Positions 1-12,482 are shown, numbered from the stretch's first letter. The stretch: 64,000 nucleotides of DNA from Eledone cirrhosa (GCA_964016885.1 OZ024754.1:17112001-17176000), one strand, 5' to 3'. Notes: generated from the sequence alone by a model not told the origin. Numbers and translations: made by a program.

Positions 1-267
1 GGAGACATTTGAAATGAAGTTTCTTGCTCAAGGACAGAATACACTGCCGGGAATCAAACTCACAACCTTACGATCTTGGGCTAAAGACTCTAACCACTAA
101 GTCGCATGCCTTCACTGTGTGTGTGGGTGTGTGTGCGTGTGTGTGTATGTGTGTGTATATGGTAGAGAGCTGGAGAAGGAGGTGTATATATATATCAGAG
201 AAATCTAGAGAAGGAGATGTGTGTATATATATATATGTGTGTGTATTTATATATGTGTGTGTATTTA

Positions 268-349
268 TGGCAGGGGGCTAGAGAAGGACGAGTGTATGTA
301 TATATATATATATGTATATATATGGCAGGGAGCTAGAGAAGGACGTGTG

Positions 350-420
<71 letters not shown>

Positions 421-495
421 GGGAGCTAGAGACGGACGAGTGTATGTATATATATATATGTATATATATGGCAGGGGGCTAGAGATGGACGTGTG

Positions 496-550
<55 letters not shown>

Positions 551-576
551 GGCAGGGAGCTAGAGAAGGACGTGTG

Positions 577-645
<69 letters not shown>

Positions 646-671
646 GGCAGGGAGCTAGAGAAGGACGTGTG

Positions 672-724
<53 letters not shown>

Positions 725-750
725 GGCAGGGAGCTAGAGAAGGACGTGTG

Positions 751-819
<69 letters not shown>

Positions 820-849
820 GGCAGGGAGCTAGAGAAGGACGTGTGTATG

Positions 850-880
<31 letters not shown>

Positions 881-1031
881 GGCAGGGAGCTAGAGAAGGA
901 CGTGTGTATGTATATATATATATATATATGTATATATATGGCAGGGAGCTAGAGAAGGACGTGTGTATGTATATATATATATGTATATATATGGCAGGGA
1001 GCTAGAGAAGGACGTGTGTATGTATATATAT
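268..1031. repeat. Compound minisatellite: ggcagggagctagagaaggacgtgtgtatg + variable (TA)n
   Basis: About ten copies of a constant core separated by variable TA runs. Confidence 0.95.
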
Positions 1032-1253
1032 CTAAACTCTAAAGTCTGTCTTAAGCCAGAAGGCTCATTTGGCCGGTGCTTATCCCGGTTTCATGGTGTG
1101 GAGCGCAAGAGAGTACAAGACTCCCCCCTGGACAGGACGCCAGCTATTGTGCAATGAAGTGTTTTGCTCAAGAACACAACATGTAACCCAGGAATCGAAC
1201 CAACGACACTAGGCCATGTGCCTCCACGTATATACATACACACCTCTTATATA

Positions 1254-1295
<42 letters not shown>

Positions 1296-1312
1296 AGAGA
1301 GCCAGAAAAGGA

Positions 1313-1365
<53 letters not shown>

Positions 1366-1499
1366 CTCCTATATATATATAGGAGGTGTGTTGAGGCAAA
1401 TAACTATGTGTATACTCTGGTAATGTATCTTACATTTCCCATTGAGTGCGCTGAGATACAACCGGTACTGGCATTGATAAATATGCTGGGTCCGTCAAC

Positions 1500-1534
<35 letters not shown>

Positions 1535-1811
1535 AGAGGGCTAGAAAAGGATGTTTGTGTATGTGTGTATATATATATACATACACACCTCCTATATAAA
1601 TATATATATATAAAAGGTAAATAGAAATAACAACACAATCAGTACAGTATATGGAAGGAATATATTAGGTTAACGCTTGAAATAGCAGGAAGAGAGTCTT
1701 AACGTTATTAGTCTTAACGGATGCTAGTCCTTCATCAGAAGAAAGAATGAGATTGAAGGACGGAATTGGAAAAAAAGTTTTTAGAGAAGATATATATGTA
1801 TATATATATAT

Positions 1812-2037
1812 GTGGAATATATGTATATATATATATATGGAATATATATATATATATATATGGAATATATATATATATATATATATGGAATATATATATA
1901 TATATATATATATATGGAATATATATATATATATATATATATATGGAATATATATATATATATATATATGGAATATATATATATATATATGGAATATATA
2001 TATATATATATGGAATATATATATATATATATATGGA

Positions 2038-2070
<33 letters not shown>

Positions 2071-2216
2071 ATATGGAATATATATATATATATATATATG
2101 GAATATATATATATATATATGGAATATATATATATATATATGGAATATATATATATATATATATATGGAATATATATATATATATATATATGGAATATAT
2201 ATATATATATATATAT
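1812..2216. repeat. Compound microsatellite TGGAA(TA)n
   Basis: Directly visible. Confidence 0.95.
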
Positions 2217-2554
2217 AAATGGAAAAAATGAAACAAAATTTCATTTCTCACTCTTAGTACGGCTGTTACTTAAATATAAGTATGTATACGTACATACATA
2301 TATGTATACAGACGTACAGTAATATGTATATATATATATATATACATACATGCACATATATATATGTACGTATGGATTTACCGAACATTTATTATAATGC
2401 TCGGTTTGTTTGTAAACAAACATCCCGAATTAAGCCGTACAGTGTCCAGCAACCATCATTGCACTTTTGTTCAACCCTGACAAAGGAACGCTGTACTAGT
2501 TTTAAGTAACAGCCGTACTAAGAGTGAGAAATGAAATTTCATTTAATTTTTTCC

Positions 2555-2561
<7 letters not shown>
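2215..2561. repeat. Inverted repeat (about 60-bp arms) around an about 225-bp core, flanked by (TA)n
   Basis: aaatttcatttctcactcttagtacggctgttacttaaa versus tttaagtaacagccgtactaagagtgagaaatgaaattt. Confidence 0.85.
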
Positions 2562-2584
<23 letters not shown>

Positions 2585-2593
<9 letters not shown>

Positions 2594-2993
2594 TAAACAA
2601 ATAATGAATAAACAATTCCTTATATTAAACAAAAAAAGTTCATTATTTAACGATCGTTTCTAGGATATATATGTGTTAGAGTTGGCATGCATATTCAACA
2701 GATCTATGTACAAAATTATACAAAATTATACAAACTATCAAGATTAAATATACATACCAACACATATATACGCCGTCTTCAGAAATAATTTATTTCTGAA
2801 GACGGCGTATATATGTGTTGGTATGTATATTTAATCTTGATAGTTTGTATAATTTTGTATAATTTTGTACATAGATCTGTTGAATATGCATGCCAACTCT
2901 AACACATATATATCCTAGAAACGATCGTTAAATAATGAACTTTTTTTGTTTAATATAAGGAATTGTTTATTCATTATTTGTTTAATATTTTAT
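2585..2993. repeat. Perfect palindrome, 204-bp arms, 1-nt centre (2789)
   Basis: The arms are reverse complements throughout (...cgccgtcttcagaaataa t ttatttctgaagacggcg...). Confidence 0.95.
2790..2935 (+). ncRNA. Type I hammerhead ribozyme motif with enlarged stem-loop II (mirror copy on - strand 2643-2788)
   Basis: ttattt-CTGAAGA(2796)-stem II (tatatatgtgttgg/ctaacacatatata)-GAAA(2918)-cgatc-GTT^-aaataa. Stem III is the palindrome ACGATCGT. The base of stem II has mismatches. Confidence 0.6.
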
Positions 2994-3242
2994 CTTGACT
3001 CTGTATACCGTTTATCTTTCACCGAAAGTGATTTTTCATTACATTTCTTCTTTCCATGATATCCGGAATACATTGAGTTCTTCATACGGATTGGACACTA
3101 CCGTAAACTCTTGGTAGATTTATCTACATATATATATATATATATATTTATTAAAATAACAGATTAAAGTTTAAGCAAAGAATCGCTGCTTTCACCCACT
3201 TTGGATTTTAGTCTTCAGATTTATTATTATTACTATATATAT

Positions 3243-3507
3243 ATAGTTATGTAATAAACAACATAAGGCAATTATTTCATTTACCAGTAGTTTCTTGAAA
3301 GCAAACAAATTTTGCTTTCAATCATCAGAATGAAAAAATCCTGGTGTATTTATTGACATTGGATTTTAAAAACCTAGTTTTTAAAATGCAATGTCAATAA
3401 ATACACCAGGATTTTTTCATTCTGATGATTGAAAGCAAAATTTGTTTGCTTTCAAGAAACTACTGGTAAATGAAATAATTGCCTTATGTTGTTTATTACA
3501 TAACTAT
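3243..3507. repeat. Near-perfect palindrome, about 131-bp arms, centre 3375
   Basis: aaaaac cta gttttt centre with one mismatch. A unique tail 3508-3575 follows; a related copy lies at 15340-15481. Confidence 0.95.
3411..3479 (+). ncRNA. Type I hammerhead ribozyme motif (mirror copy on - strand at about 3271-3339)
   Basis: tttcatt-CTGATGA-ttgaaagcaaa/atttg/tttgctttcaa-GAAA-ctactg-GTA^-aatgaaa. Stem I is 7+ bp, stem II 11 bp, full core, GUA cleavage triplet (cut after 3468). Confidence 0.75.
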
Positions 3508-4298
3508 TAAGCTCTGTAACCTACATAGAGCACTCTTTTTTCCTGGACCTTTCCGATGGAATTACTTCATTCACACATATATATATATATAGTCGAGGCC
3601 TATAAAAGGAGGTGTTTGTGTATAAAACAATTTGCTGTACATTCAAGCTAGTTCAATGATATTTAAGTAGAAGACAATGTGGTCTCTGCTTGAAATATTA
3701 TATGTTGTCATATTAAGTTGTCGCAGTATTAAGTATATGTCATGTCTCTTTGGTGATGCTGTTTCAATATGTTCAGCTGCAATCATATCTAGATATTTAA
3801 GTTATATATAGAGGCTTAGTGGTTAGAGCATTGGGCTTGCAATCGAAAGGTTGTGAGTTCAATTCTCAGACCGGGTGATGTGTTGTTTCCTTGATTTCAC
3901 ATTGCTCCAGTTTACTCAGCTGTAGAAATGAGATGATAGCGACTGGGGTCCCTATCATTCCACTGCAAAGTGGTCGTGGAGGTGCCACGGCAAAAAAGCA
4001 CCCAGCACTCACTGTAAATGAGGTTGGTGTTAGGAAGGGCATCCAGCTGTAGAAATCGAGCCAGAATCAGTTCCCGTCCCACCCTTGCAAGCAGGGAAAA
4101 GCGGACGTAAAATGATGATGATGATGATGATGATGATGTATATATAACTTGTGTGAGAGTGTATATATGATATATATGTGAATGTGTGTGTGTATGTATA
4201 TATGTATATATATATATATATCAAAGGTATATATTGAGTTAGAAAATAGTCTCTTACAATTAAAAAGCTCAAGGAAAGAGGTTTTTCCGAGCCGTGTA

Positions 4299-4420
4299 AT
4301 ATAATTGAATATAAAAGAGAGATAAACACAGATATATACATATATGTGTTCAAATCTGGCTCCTTACGATTTGAACACACATATATGTATATATCTGTGT
4401 TTATCTCTCTTTTATATTCA

Positions 4421-4427
<7 letters not shown>
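4299..4427. repeat. Fold-back palindrome, about 58-bp arms, 11-nt loop
   Basis: atataattgaatataaaagagagataaacacag...gttcaaatc tggctccttac gatttgaac...ttcaattatat. Confidence 0.88.
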
Positions 4428-4464
<37 letters not shown>

Positions 4465-4532
4465 TATATACATATAATGTGTGTGCGTATTATATATGTA
4501 ATGTGTATCTGTGTGTATATGTATATTGTGTG

Positions 4533-4564
<32 letters not shown>

Positions 4565-5186
4565 ATATATAAGAACAAAAGAGTGCTTCTTATCCGATAT
4601 CTGCATTGCTTTATTGTACTACAATAAAACTCACCTCCTACATTATGTATATATATATATATATATAATGTGCGTGTATATAGCATATTTCCCGGTGCCG
4701 AAAATGCTTCGTACTCGAGGACGCACAAAAATTTGAAAAGAAATAATTGTTTCTACTATTGGCACAAGGCCAGAAATTACCCAGTACATTACTGGTACTT
4801 TATTTTATCGACCTCGTAAGGATGAAAGGCAAAGTTAACCTCGGCGGGATTTGAACTCAGAATGGCAAGGGCCGTAACTCTATGCGCCAAAGCATGGCAT
4901 CCGACCCTCTACCGATACTGCCAAGCCACCGCGTTTTTCAAAAGAAATAATAAACAGCCTTTGGGCTCCAGGACACTTGGTAGATTTTTAAGACTTATTC
5001 TAGGAAAAAAGTAGTATCTGTGTGTCTATGTATATTGTGTGTGTGTGTATATATATCATAATCTATAATATATATATAATAAATATATTTTATATATATA
5101 TGTGGGTAGCTTAATAGTTATGGTATTCTGCTCATGATTGTAAGGTCTTGAGTTCAATTCCTGATGGCTTGTTCTGTCCTTGAGCA

Positions 5187-5370
5187 GGTAGTGGTAGTAG
5201 TAGTGGTAGTAGTGGTGGTAATAGTAGTAGTAGTAGTGGTGATGGTAATAGTAGCAGTAGTGGTGGTAGTAGTGGTGGTAATAGTAGTAGTAGTAATAGT
5301 AGTAGTGGTGGTAATAGTAGCAGTAGTAGTCGTAGTAGTAGTGGTAGTAGTAGTAGTAGTAGTAGTGGTA
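5187..5370. repeat. (GTA/GTG)n trinucleotide repeat
   Basis: Directly visible. Confidence 0.95.
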
Positions 5371-5377
5371 TGTATAT

Positions 5378-5430
<53 letters not shown>

Positions 5431-6225
5431 AATATATTTTATATATATATGTGGGTGGCTTAATAGTTAAGGTATTCTGCTCACGATTGTAAGGTCTTGA
5501 GTTCAATTCCTGATGGTGTGTTCTGTCCTTCAGCAAGACACTTTATTTCACATAGCTCCAGTCCAGTCAGCTGGCAAAATGAGTCGGATCTGTAATTTGA
5601 AGTGCCAGCCTTATTACATTGTATGTTGTACTTAATCTCCCTGAGAACTACGTTAACGGTAAGCATGTCTGTGGAATACTCAGCCTCATGCACGTTAATT
5701 TGAGGAGCAGTCTCTTCTTTTGATCGTGAGAAATAGAACACTTGTCATTGTAACTGATAGAGTGCCAGTATTAGCAATAATTGTTTCTACTTTAGGCACA
5801 AGGCCAGCAATTACCCAGTACATTACTGGTACTTTATTTTATTGACCCCGTAAGGCAAAGTCAACCTCGGTGGGATTTGAACTCAGAATGGCAAGGGCCG
5901 TAACTCTATGCGTCAAAACATAGCGTCCGACCCTCTACCGATACTGCTAATCCACCGCCTTATTAGCAATAATGTTTGTGTGTACACACATTCACACATT
6001 ACTGCCAATATATACGTTTCTACTGTAGGCCAGCAATTACTGGTACTTTATATCGACACCCAGGATTAAAGGCAAAGTTAAGCTCAGTGGGTTTTACCCT
6101 TTACTTTCTGAATTCAAATCCCGTCAAGGTTAGCTTTGCTTTTCATCCTTACTGGGTCAATAAAATAAAATAAAGTACCAGTAATGCACTGGAGTAATTG
6201 CTGGTCTTGTACTTAAAGTAGAAAC

Positions 6226-6281
<56 letters not shown>

Positions 6282-6327
6282 AAGTTAAATAAAAAGTCAA
6301 ATGTTTAAAATTTAGCTTCGTTTATTG

Positions 6328-6380
6328 CTGCTATATATATTTCAGTGACAGCCATCTTTGGCTGTGACCTCTTCAGGCAG
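6328..6380 (-). ncRNA. Type I minimal hammerhead ribozyme motif
   Basis: The - strand reads ctgc-CTGAAGA-ggtcacagcca/aaga/tggctgtcact-GAAA-tatat-ATA^-gcag. Stem III is the palindrome ATATATAT; stem I is 4 bp. Confidence 0.7.
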
Positions 6381-6763
6381 TCCGAATTGGTGTGCTATAG
6401 ACAAGTACATATGTTGTTGAGGTGTATAATATTGTCAATACTCTGATATGTCCAGTTCCTGGTTGGGTTGTTATTTCCCTGACAACCAACATATACTCAA
6501 AATCTATATATATATAAGGGTGAAAGCAGCGATTCTTTGCTTAAACTTTAATCTGTTATTTTAATAAATATTTGCTCTACGGTTCTTATATATTTGATAT
6601 ATATTTATCCTCATCGAGCCCTCTTTAGATTTTAGTCTTGAAATTTATTATTATTAATATATATATATATATATATATACGTAGGTCCCGGGTTGAGTCG
6701 GGGATAACCACAGTAAGTAAGGTACTCAATACATGGCAGAGTAAAATTTTTTATTTTATAGAA

Positions 6764-6818
6764 GGAGCTTCCTGAAGATTTCATCTGAATGAAACGGTAC
6801 TAGTCCTGTAGAAGCTCC
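6764..6818 (+). ncRNA. Possible degenerate type I hammerhead motif
   Basis: ggagcttc-CTGAAGA-tttcatctgaat-GAAA-cggtactagtcct-GTA^-gaagctcc. Stem I extends to about 25 bp; stem II is weak with a U-U closing pair. Confidence 0.45.
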
Positions 6819-6837
6819 TTCTATAAAATAAAAAAAA

Positions 6838-6874
<37 letters not shown>

Positions 6875-7301
6875 TGTCTGTGTATGTGTATATATCTATA
6901 TATATGTATGTATATTCCGAATACTTTTATATGGCTGCCGTGACTGCTGCGTTCCATATCAGAATATGATATCACATTGTGTATATGTGTATGTGTTTAT
7001 ATATATATATATATATATATATGTGTATATGTGTATGTGTTTATATATATATATATGTGTATATGTGTATGTGTTTATATATATATATATGTGTGTGTAT
7101 ATGGAAGGGGATAATGAATGAGTCATTTGGCAGCGAGATACTATTACACCTACTTCTCATGTAGCCCCCCCCCCTCCTTTATGTTGCCACTAATGTTTAA
7201 GCATTGTAGTTGCTACATGTTGTTATGCTATCAACATATCCCACAAGTCCTTCAGGTGTGTATGGTATGTAGTGAGAGAGTGAAGGTGTGTGCACGTGTT
7301 A

Positions 7302-7346
<45 letters not shown>

Positions 7347-7416
7347 CACAAACACACACACATATATATATAAAACCAGGGTGAAAACTACAAACACAAG
7401 GACAAATATATGTATG

Positions 7417-7477
<61 letters not shown>

Positions 7478-7550
7478 GCACACACACACATATATATATA
7501 TAAAACCTGGGTGAAAACTACAAACACAAGGACAAATATATGTATGTATG

Positions 7551-7585
<35 letters not shown>

Positions 7586-7921
7586 ATACATACACACACA
7601 CATACATACACACGCCCACATAAATATACATATATATATATAAACACACACATTAATATATGGTTTGTTTATCTGTAGGTAGTCATAGTTTGTTTTGAAT
7701 TTCAGCTGAGGTGTCATTAACAATGCTTTCTCCAAATATACTTGAAGAGGTACATTTTTTCTGTTTTTGTTTTTATAAGACAACATTATGTGCTGTTCAT
7801 GCCTTTCCAAAAGTCTTTGGCAGTGTAAATGATATGGAATAGTAAGAATGATAGCTTAATTCTACTTCATAGTTGTTCTCATTTTATATTCTCTCTCTGT
7901 ATATATACTTGTATATATATA

Positions 7922-8300
7922 CATCATCATCATCATCATCATCATCATCAACGTTTAACGTCCGTGTTCCACGCTTGCATGGGTTTGGACGGGGGTAGTC
8001 CCACTTGAGGCAAGAGTGATTGTCTTGCTCGCATAGGACTGTCTGGCAGGTTTTCTACAGTTGGATGCCCTTCCTAACACCAACCACATTTACAGTGTGG
8101 GGCTGGGAGGTTTTTACCGTGTTGCCTACACGGCCACATTGCAGCGTGGACTGTGTGTTTTTTTGTCGTGACACCTACACGATCTCATTTGTTTCGGCCC
8201 GGATGGCGCGGCACCAACATAACTTTACATAGAACGGGGTGGTGTGGGGGTGGTGGTGGTGGGACGGGGTGTATTTTGTTAGAGATGCCTACTGACTGTA
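7922..8300 (-). mobile_element. 3' UTR fragment of the same RTE LINE family
   Basis: Similar to 53862-54232. Confidence 0.85.
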
Positions 8301-8329
8301 GTATATACATATATACATATATATATGTT

Positions 8330-8383
<54 letters not shown>

Positions 8384-8427
8384 CTGTGAGACACTGTTCT
8401 TTGTATAACTTCAATACACCTGCACAC

Positions 8428-8460
<33 letters not shown>

Positions 8461-10249
8461 GTATATATTGTATAACTATTGTATCACACAACAGTTGTAT
8501 CATCAGCAGGCATCTGTGAAATGCAGAGCTGCAACAGTGTAACAATATATATCACAGTGAGGTCATTGAAGTCAGTTAGAGTCCACATATGCTGATATAT
8601 GATTAAAAAAAAATGTGGGAGTAATATGGGATCATTATAGTTTCGGATGCTTTTTAAATACATCTGAAACTATAATAATATCCAGAAGACAACTGATGAG
8701 CAGGAATTGCCAACGTGCTTTTCTCTTCCGAGTTTTTAGCTTCCTATATTTCTCCCATGTGTTCTTTTAATGATATTATCATTTTCACCACAGAGTCTAA
8801 TTTTTAAATTATACTGTTATAGTCACTTTAAATTTTATGATTTTAATTCTTAACATCATCTACCCCATAAAACTGGATCAGCAAAACATTCTTGAAAAGT
8901 ATAAAACTGCAGTATAACTGCATCACATTTAGTAAATTTTAGTAAAATTTCAATCTTTACTCTAACACTGCAAATTTTCACAAGAATTTCCTGTCCAGTT
9001 GTAAAGCTACTGTAAACATTTGAATTAACAAACCAGGTTTTAGATATTTTTTCTGCTAAACCTTTACAGGATATTGAGAGTTGATATAAATTCTTTGGTC
9101 CTGTAGCTTCTGGGGGAGTATTAGGAGCGCCATATTGACATAGGACATTTCGAAACCTGGCAGTACCCATCACTTTCCAAGTCTGAACACTAAAGATTTC
9201 TTCCTTAGAAGGATAGAGAGTGAGAGAATGGAAGTGAGAAAGAGACATAGGAGAAGAATCGACTCCAGTACTAGACTGGTACTTTTTTTTATTGACCATA
9301 AAAGGTGAAGTTTACCTCAGTGGGATTTGAACACAGCAGGCAGAGAACCAAAACGAATACCACAAAGCATTCCATCTGATGTTCAAACGATTCTGCCAAT
9401 TTTCTGCCTCTTGATATAAATTATTGATATATTATTTTATGCCAGGCAATTTATGAACAATAGCATCATTGGATATAAGATTCCAAAGAGTTAATTATTG
9501 ATTATCAGCATTTTCGGAGACAAGGCTGATAAGGGGATGTCAGAGCAACTTGGGCAGAATATATATAATGGAGAGTATAGAGTTTTTATTGAATAAATGG
9601 AATCTTCGCAATCAGATTTTAAGAAACTGAATAACCACAATATAAAAACTTGCACTAATCACATTACTTTCATTGCCATTATCATCATTTAATGTCTGTT
9701 TTTCCCTGCTAGCAAGGGTTGGATAGTACATCACAGACCAAGTCAGTAATTAGTCGCTGCTACTGACCTCTAGAGTCTCCAATTCTTGCTCACTTAACTC
9801 CCATTGCCTGGACTTGTCAATAAAGCCTACATCAGTATAACTGCAAACAACTTTAAGCAATGTTACAATCAACATCTGATTCTTTCTGTATTAAGACTAT
9901 CAAATTCTCAATGGGAATAAATATCTCACTGTACATTTGTATTGAATTCTCTTTTTGTTATTTTGGTTGTTTATTTCAAAAGACAATAATTATTATTAGT
10001 TAACCACAACCCCCCCCCCCCCCCCCTCAATACACATATATACACACACACACACATTTGATAACTCTTGTCTGCTATATTATTTAAGCAAGATAAGAAT
10101 ATAGCATAGAAGTAGCCAATCAAATGAAACATTTGATTACTTGTCTTTATTATGAATTTTTCTTTTAACTTTTAACAATCTGCACTGATTTAGGAGAAAA
10201 TATGTGACAATTTGCAAAAAAAACTAAAAACTTCAGGGGTTTTTTTTTG

Positions 10250-10641
10250 TCTGGAAGGGAAACATGGGCAGAAAAATGTGAAGAGTGGAGAGAAATGAAT
10301 GCTTCAATGAATGTTAATATGCATGAGTTGCAAAGCATAGACGGGTTGAGAGAGAAACTGAGTATAAGGAGGAATTGAATGTAGTGGGCAAGATAGAAGA
10401 CTTGCACTGGTATCAACATGTGATGTGTATGAAGGTTATTCCTTGATGAAGAAGTGTCTGGAATTCCCAATGGAAGGAAGCTGCATTAGAGGAAGACCAA
10501 GGAAAACTTGGGCAGAGGTGGTGAGAGTAGATTCTTAAAATGCTGAAACTCACAGAGAAACACTGTGTGGAGGAAAGCTCTGTTGGAAAAGACCCATCCA
10601 ACCTATGCAAGCATGGAAAGCAGATGATGATGATGATGATG
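10250..10641 (+). mobile_element. RTE LINE 3' fragment
   Basis: Degenerate ETW...ERNE...RRLHWYQHV...RGRPRKTW coding trace with (GAT)n tail. Confidence 0.8.
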
Positions 10642-10934
10642 CAGTCATAGTGTTGTTTTGAACTATTCATTAATTCCATGTTAATGTCGTTTCCTATGAT
10701 AGAATGTGTTAAAATTTGTATGTTCAGAATGAAATATGTCAAATTTAAAAAGTGAAAGCAATGCAATTACTTGGAAGTGCTTTCATTGACTCCCCAAACA
10801 ATAGGAATTCATTTAGACTAGACTTTTGAAGTTTTATTGATGGGAAGATAATAATTTAAAGAAAGAAAAATATTGCTACTGGAAGTCGTGTAAGGGAAGT
10901 CAGTATGAGAATACCAGTGTTAAAATACTGGTTT

Positions 10935-11707
10935 ATGATGGTGGTAATGATGATGGTGGTGGTGATGGTGGTGGTAATGATGGCAGTGGTTGTGGTGGTG
11001 GTGATGGTGGTGGTAATGATGGCGGTGGTTGTGGTGATGGTGGTGGTAATGATGGCAGTGGTTGTGGTGATGGTGGTGGTAATGATGATGGTGGTTGTGG
11101 TGGTGGTAATGATGGCGGTGGTTGTGGTGATGGTGGTGGTAATGATGGCAGTGGTTGTGGTGATGGTGGTGGTAATGATGATGGTGGTTGTGGTGGTAGT
11201 GATGGTGGTGGTAATGATGGTGGTGGTGGTGATGGTGGTGGTAATGATGGCTGTGGTTGTGGTGATGGTGGTGGTAATGATGGCAGTGGTTGTGGTGGTG
11301 GTGGTGGTGGTGATGGTTGTGGTAATGATGATGGTGGTTGTGGTTGTGGTGATGGTGGTGGTAATGATGGCGGTGGTTGTGGTGGTGGTGGTGGTGATGG
11401 TTGTGGTAATGATGATGGTGGTTGTCGTGGTGGTAATGATGGCGGTGGTTGTGGTGGTGGTGGTGGTGATGGTTGTGGTAATGATGATGGTGGTGGTAAT
11501 GATGATGGTGATAGTTGTGGTGGTTTGGTGTTGGTAGTGGTGGTGTTTGGTGTTGGTAGTGGAGGTGGGCATGGTGGCAGTAGTGGTGGTGGCAGTGGCG
11601 GTGGTGGTGTTGATGGTGGTAATGCTGGTGGAGGTAGTAGTAGCAGCAGTTGTTGTGGTGGTGGTGTTGGTAGTCATGGTGTTGTTGGTGGTGGTGATGA
11701 TGATGAT
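10935..11707. repeat. (GTG/ATG/GTT)n degenerate trinucleotide repeat
   Basis: Directly visible; it produces the spurious poly-Val and poly-Thr ORFs. Confidence 0.95.
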
Positions 11708-12350
11708 TGCAATTATTAAATTCAGTTAAGAGTTGTTAGATGCTTTAGTAATTTCATTATGGATATTTTTTTAATATGAAGAAACCCAGAATTATTGTTG
11801 TGAGTTGATTATAATATTTCTCTTTTAGTTTGATCATATGATGTTGAATATTTAGAATCCTTGACAAAAGAAAGCCGTCACAAACATTATTAGCCAATTA
11901 GTTGTGCTCTTCTCTTAATTATGGCCATTATCCTTCATTGGAAATATAATTTGGTAAAATGAAGAACAATAGAAAACCAACCAACTACTGTATAGATAGG
12001 GTCTACTGAGTCTGTCTTCATTGTTGTTACTGTTGTTTGTATAAACTGCCGTTGATATTATCATCTGCTTTTTGTCTTCTTTGAAATAGATATGTTTACA
12101 AATATTAAAACAAAAAAAAACAAAAAACCCAGCTCATTTTGCTGGTTTTCCTTCAAAGACATTGGTTGACTTATTACCTGTAATATTAATCTACTCTTGT
12201 ATTAATTAATATGGTGCTCTGAATCTGAAGTCAGTTCTGAAGTCTCTGTTCATGTCAACTATTACTATATTTACCTGAGCTCTACTGTTAGTAGCAGTAG
12301 TAGCCAAGATAGTATTGATAGAAAATTGGATGTATCATCACCTGTTGCAG

Positions 12351-12482
12351 ATTCAATACTTAATTTCTACTGCTAAATGCAAATGGGGCAACCCAGTCGA
12401 TTCATTTAGAGGGAGTATGGATAGCTTTACTAAGGAAACAATACAAAATGGTATGGGTCCATCAGAATTAGCTGCTTTAATG
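12351..12482 (+). CDS. Candidate alternative or alternative-first TRPM exon (IQYLISTAKCKWGNPVDSFRGSMDSFTKETIQNGMGPSELAALM)
   Basis: ttgcag| acceptor, perfect |gtaagt donor, 132 nt open frame, phase 0-0 compatible with exon 20532, non-repetitive sequence. No recognised homology. Confidence 0.4.

Noticed and set aside
268-1031. Constant repeat with variable spacers, resembling a CRISPR array
   Set aside because: The spacers are only (TA)n runs, the context is eukaryotic, and there are no cas genes.
1690-1745. Minus-strand CTGATGA hammerhead candidate
   Set aside because: The GAAA half is missing (replaced by a small duplication of cgttaagact); at best a dead remnant.
3145-3225. Minus-strand CTGAAGA...GAAA
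   Set aside because: Stems II and III do not pair, and the related copy at about 6630-6650 lacks the motif.
24-8448. Many YIYI/VCVC ORFs
   Set aside because: Translations of (TA)n and (TG)n microsatellites.
8625-8725. Hairpin plus CTGATGAG motif
   Set aside because: No downstream GAAA or consistent three-stem fold.
10856-11729. Poly-Thr (mucin-like) and poly-Val ORFs
   Set aside because: A trinucleotide repeat with no splice or homology support.
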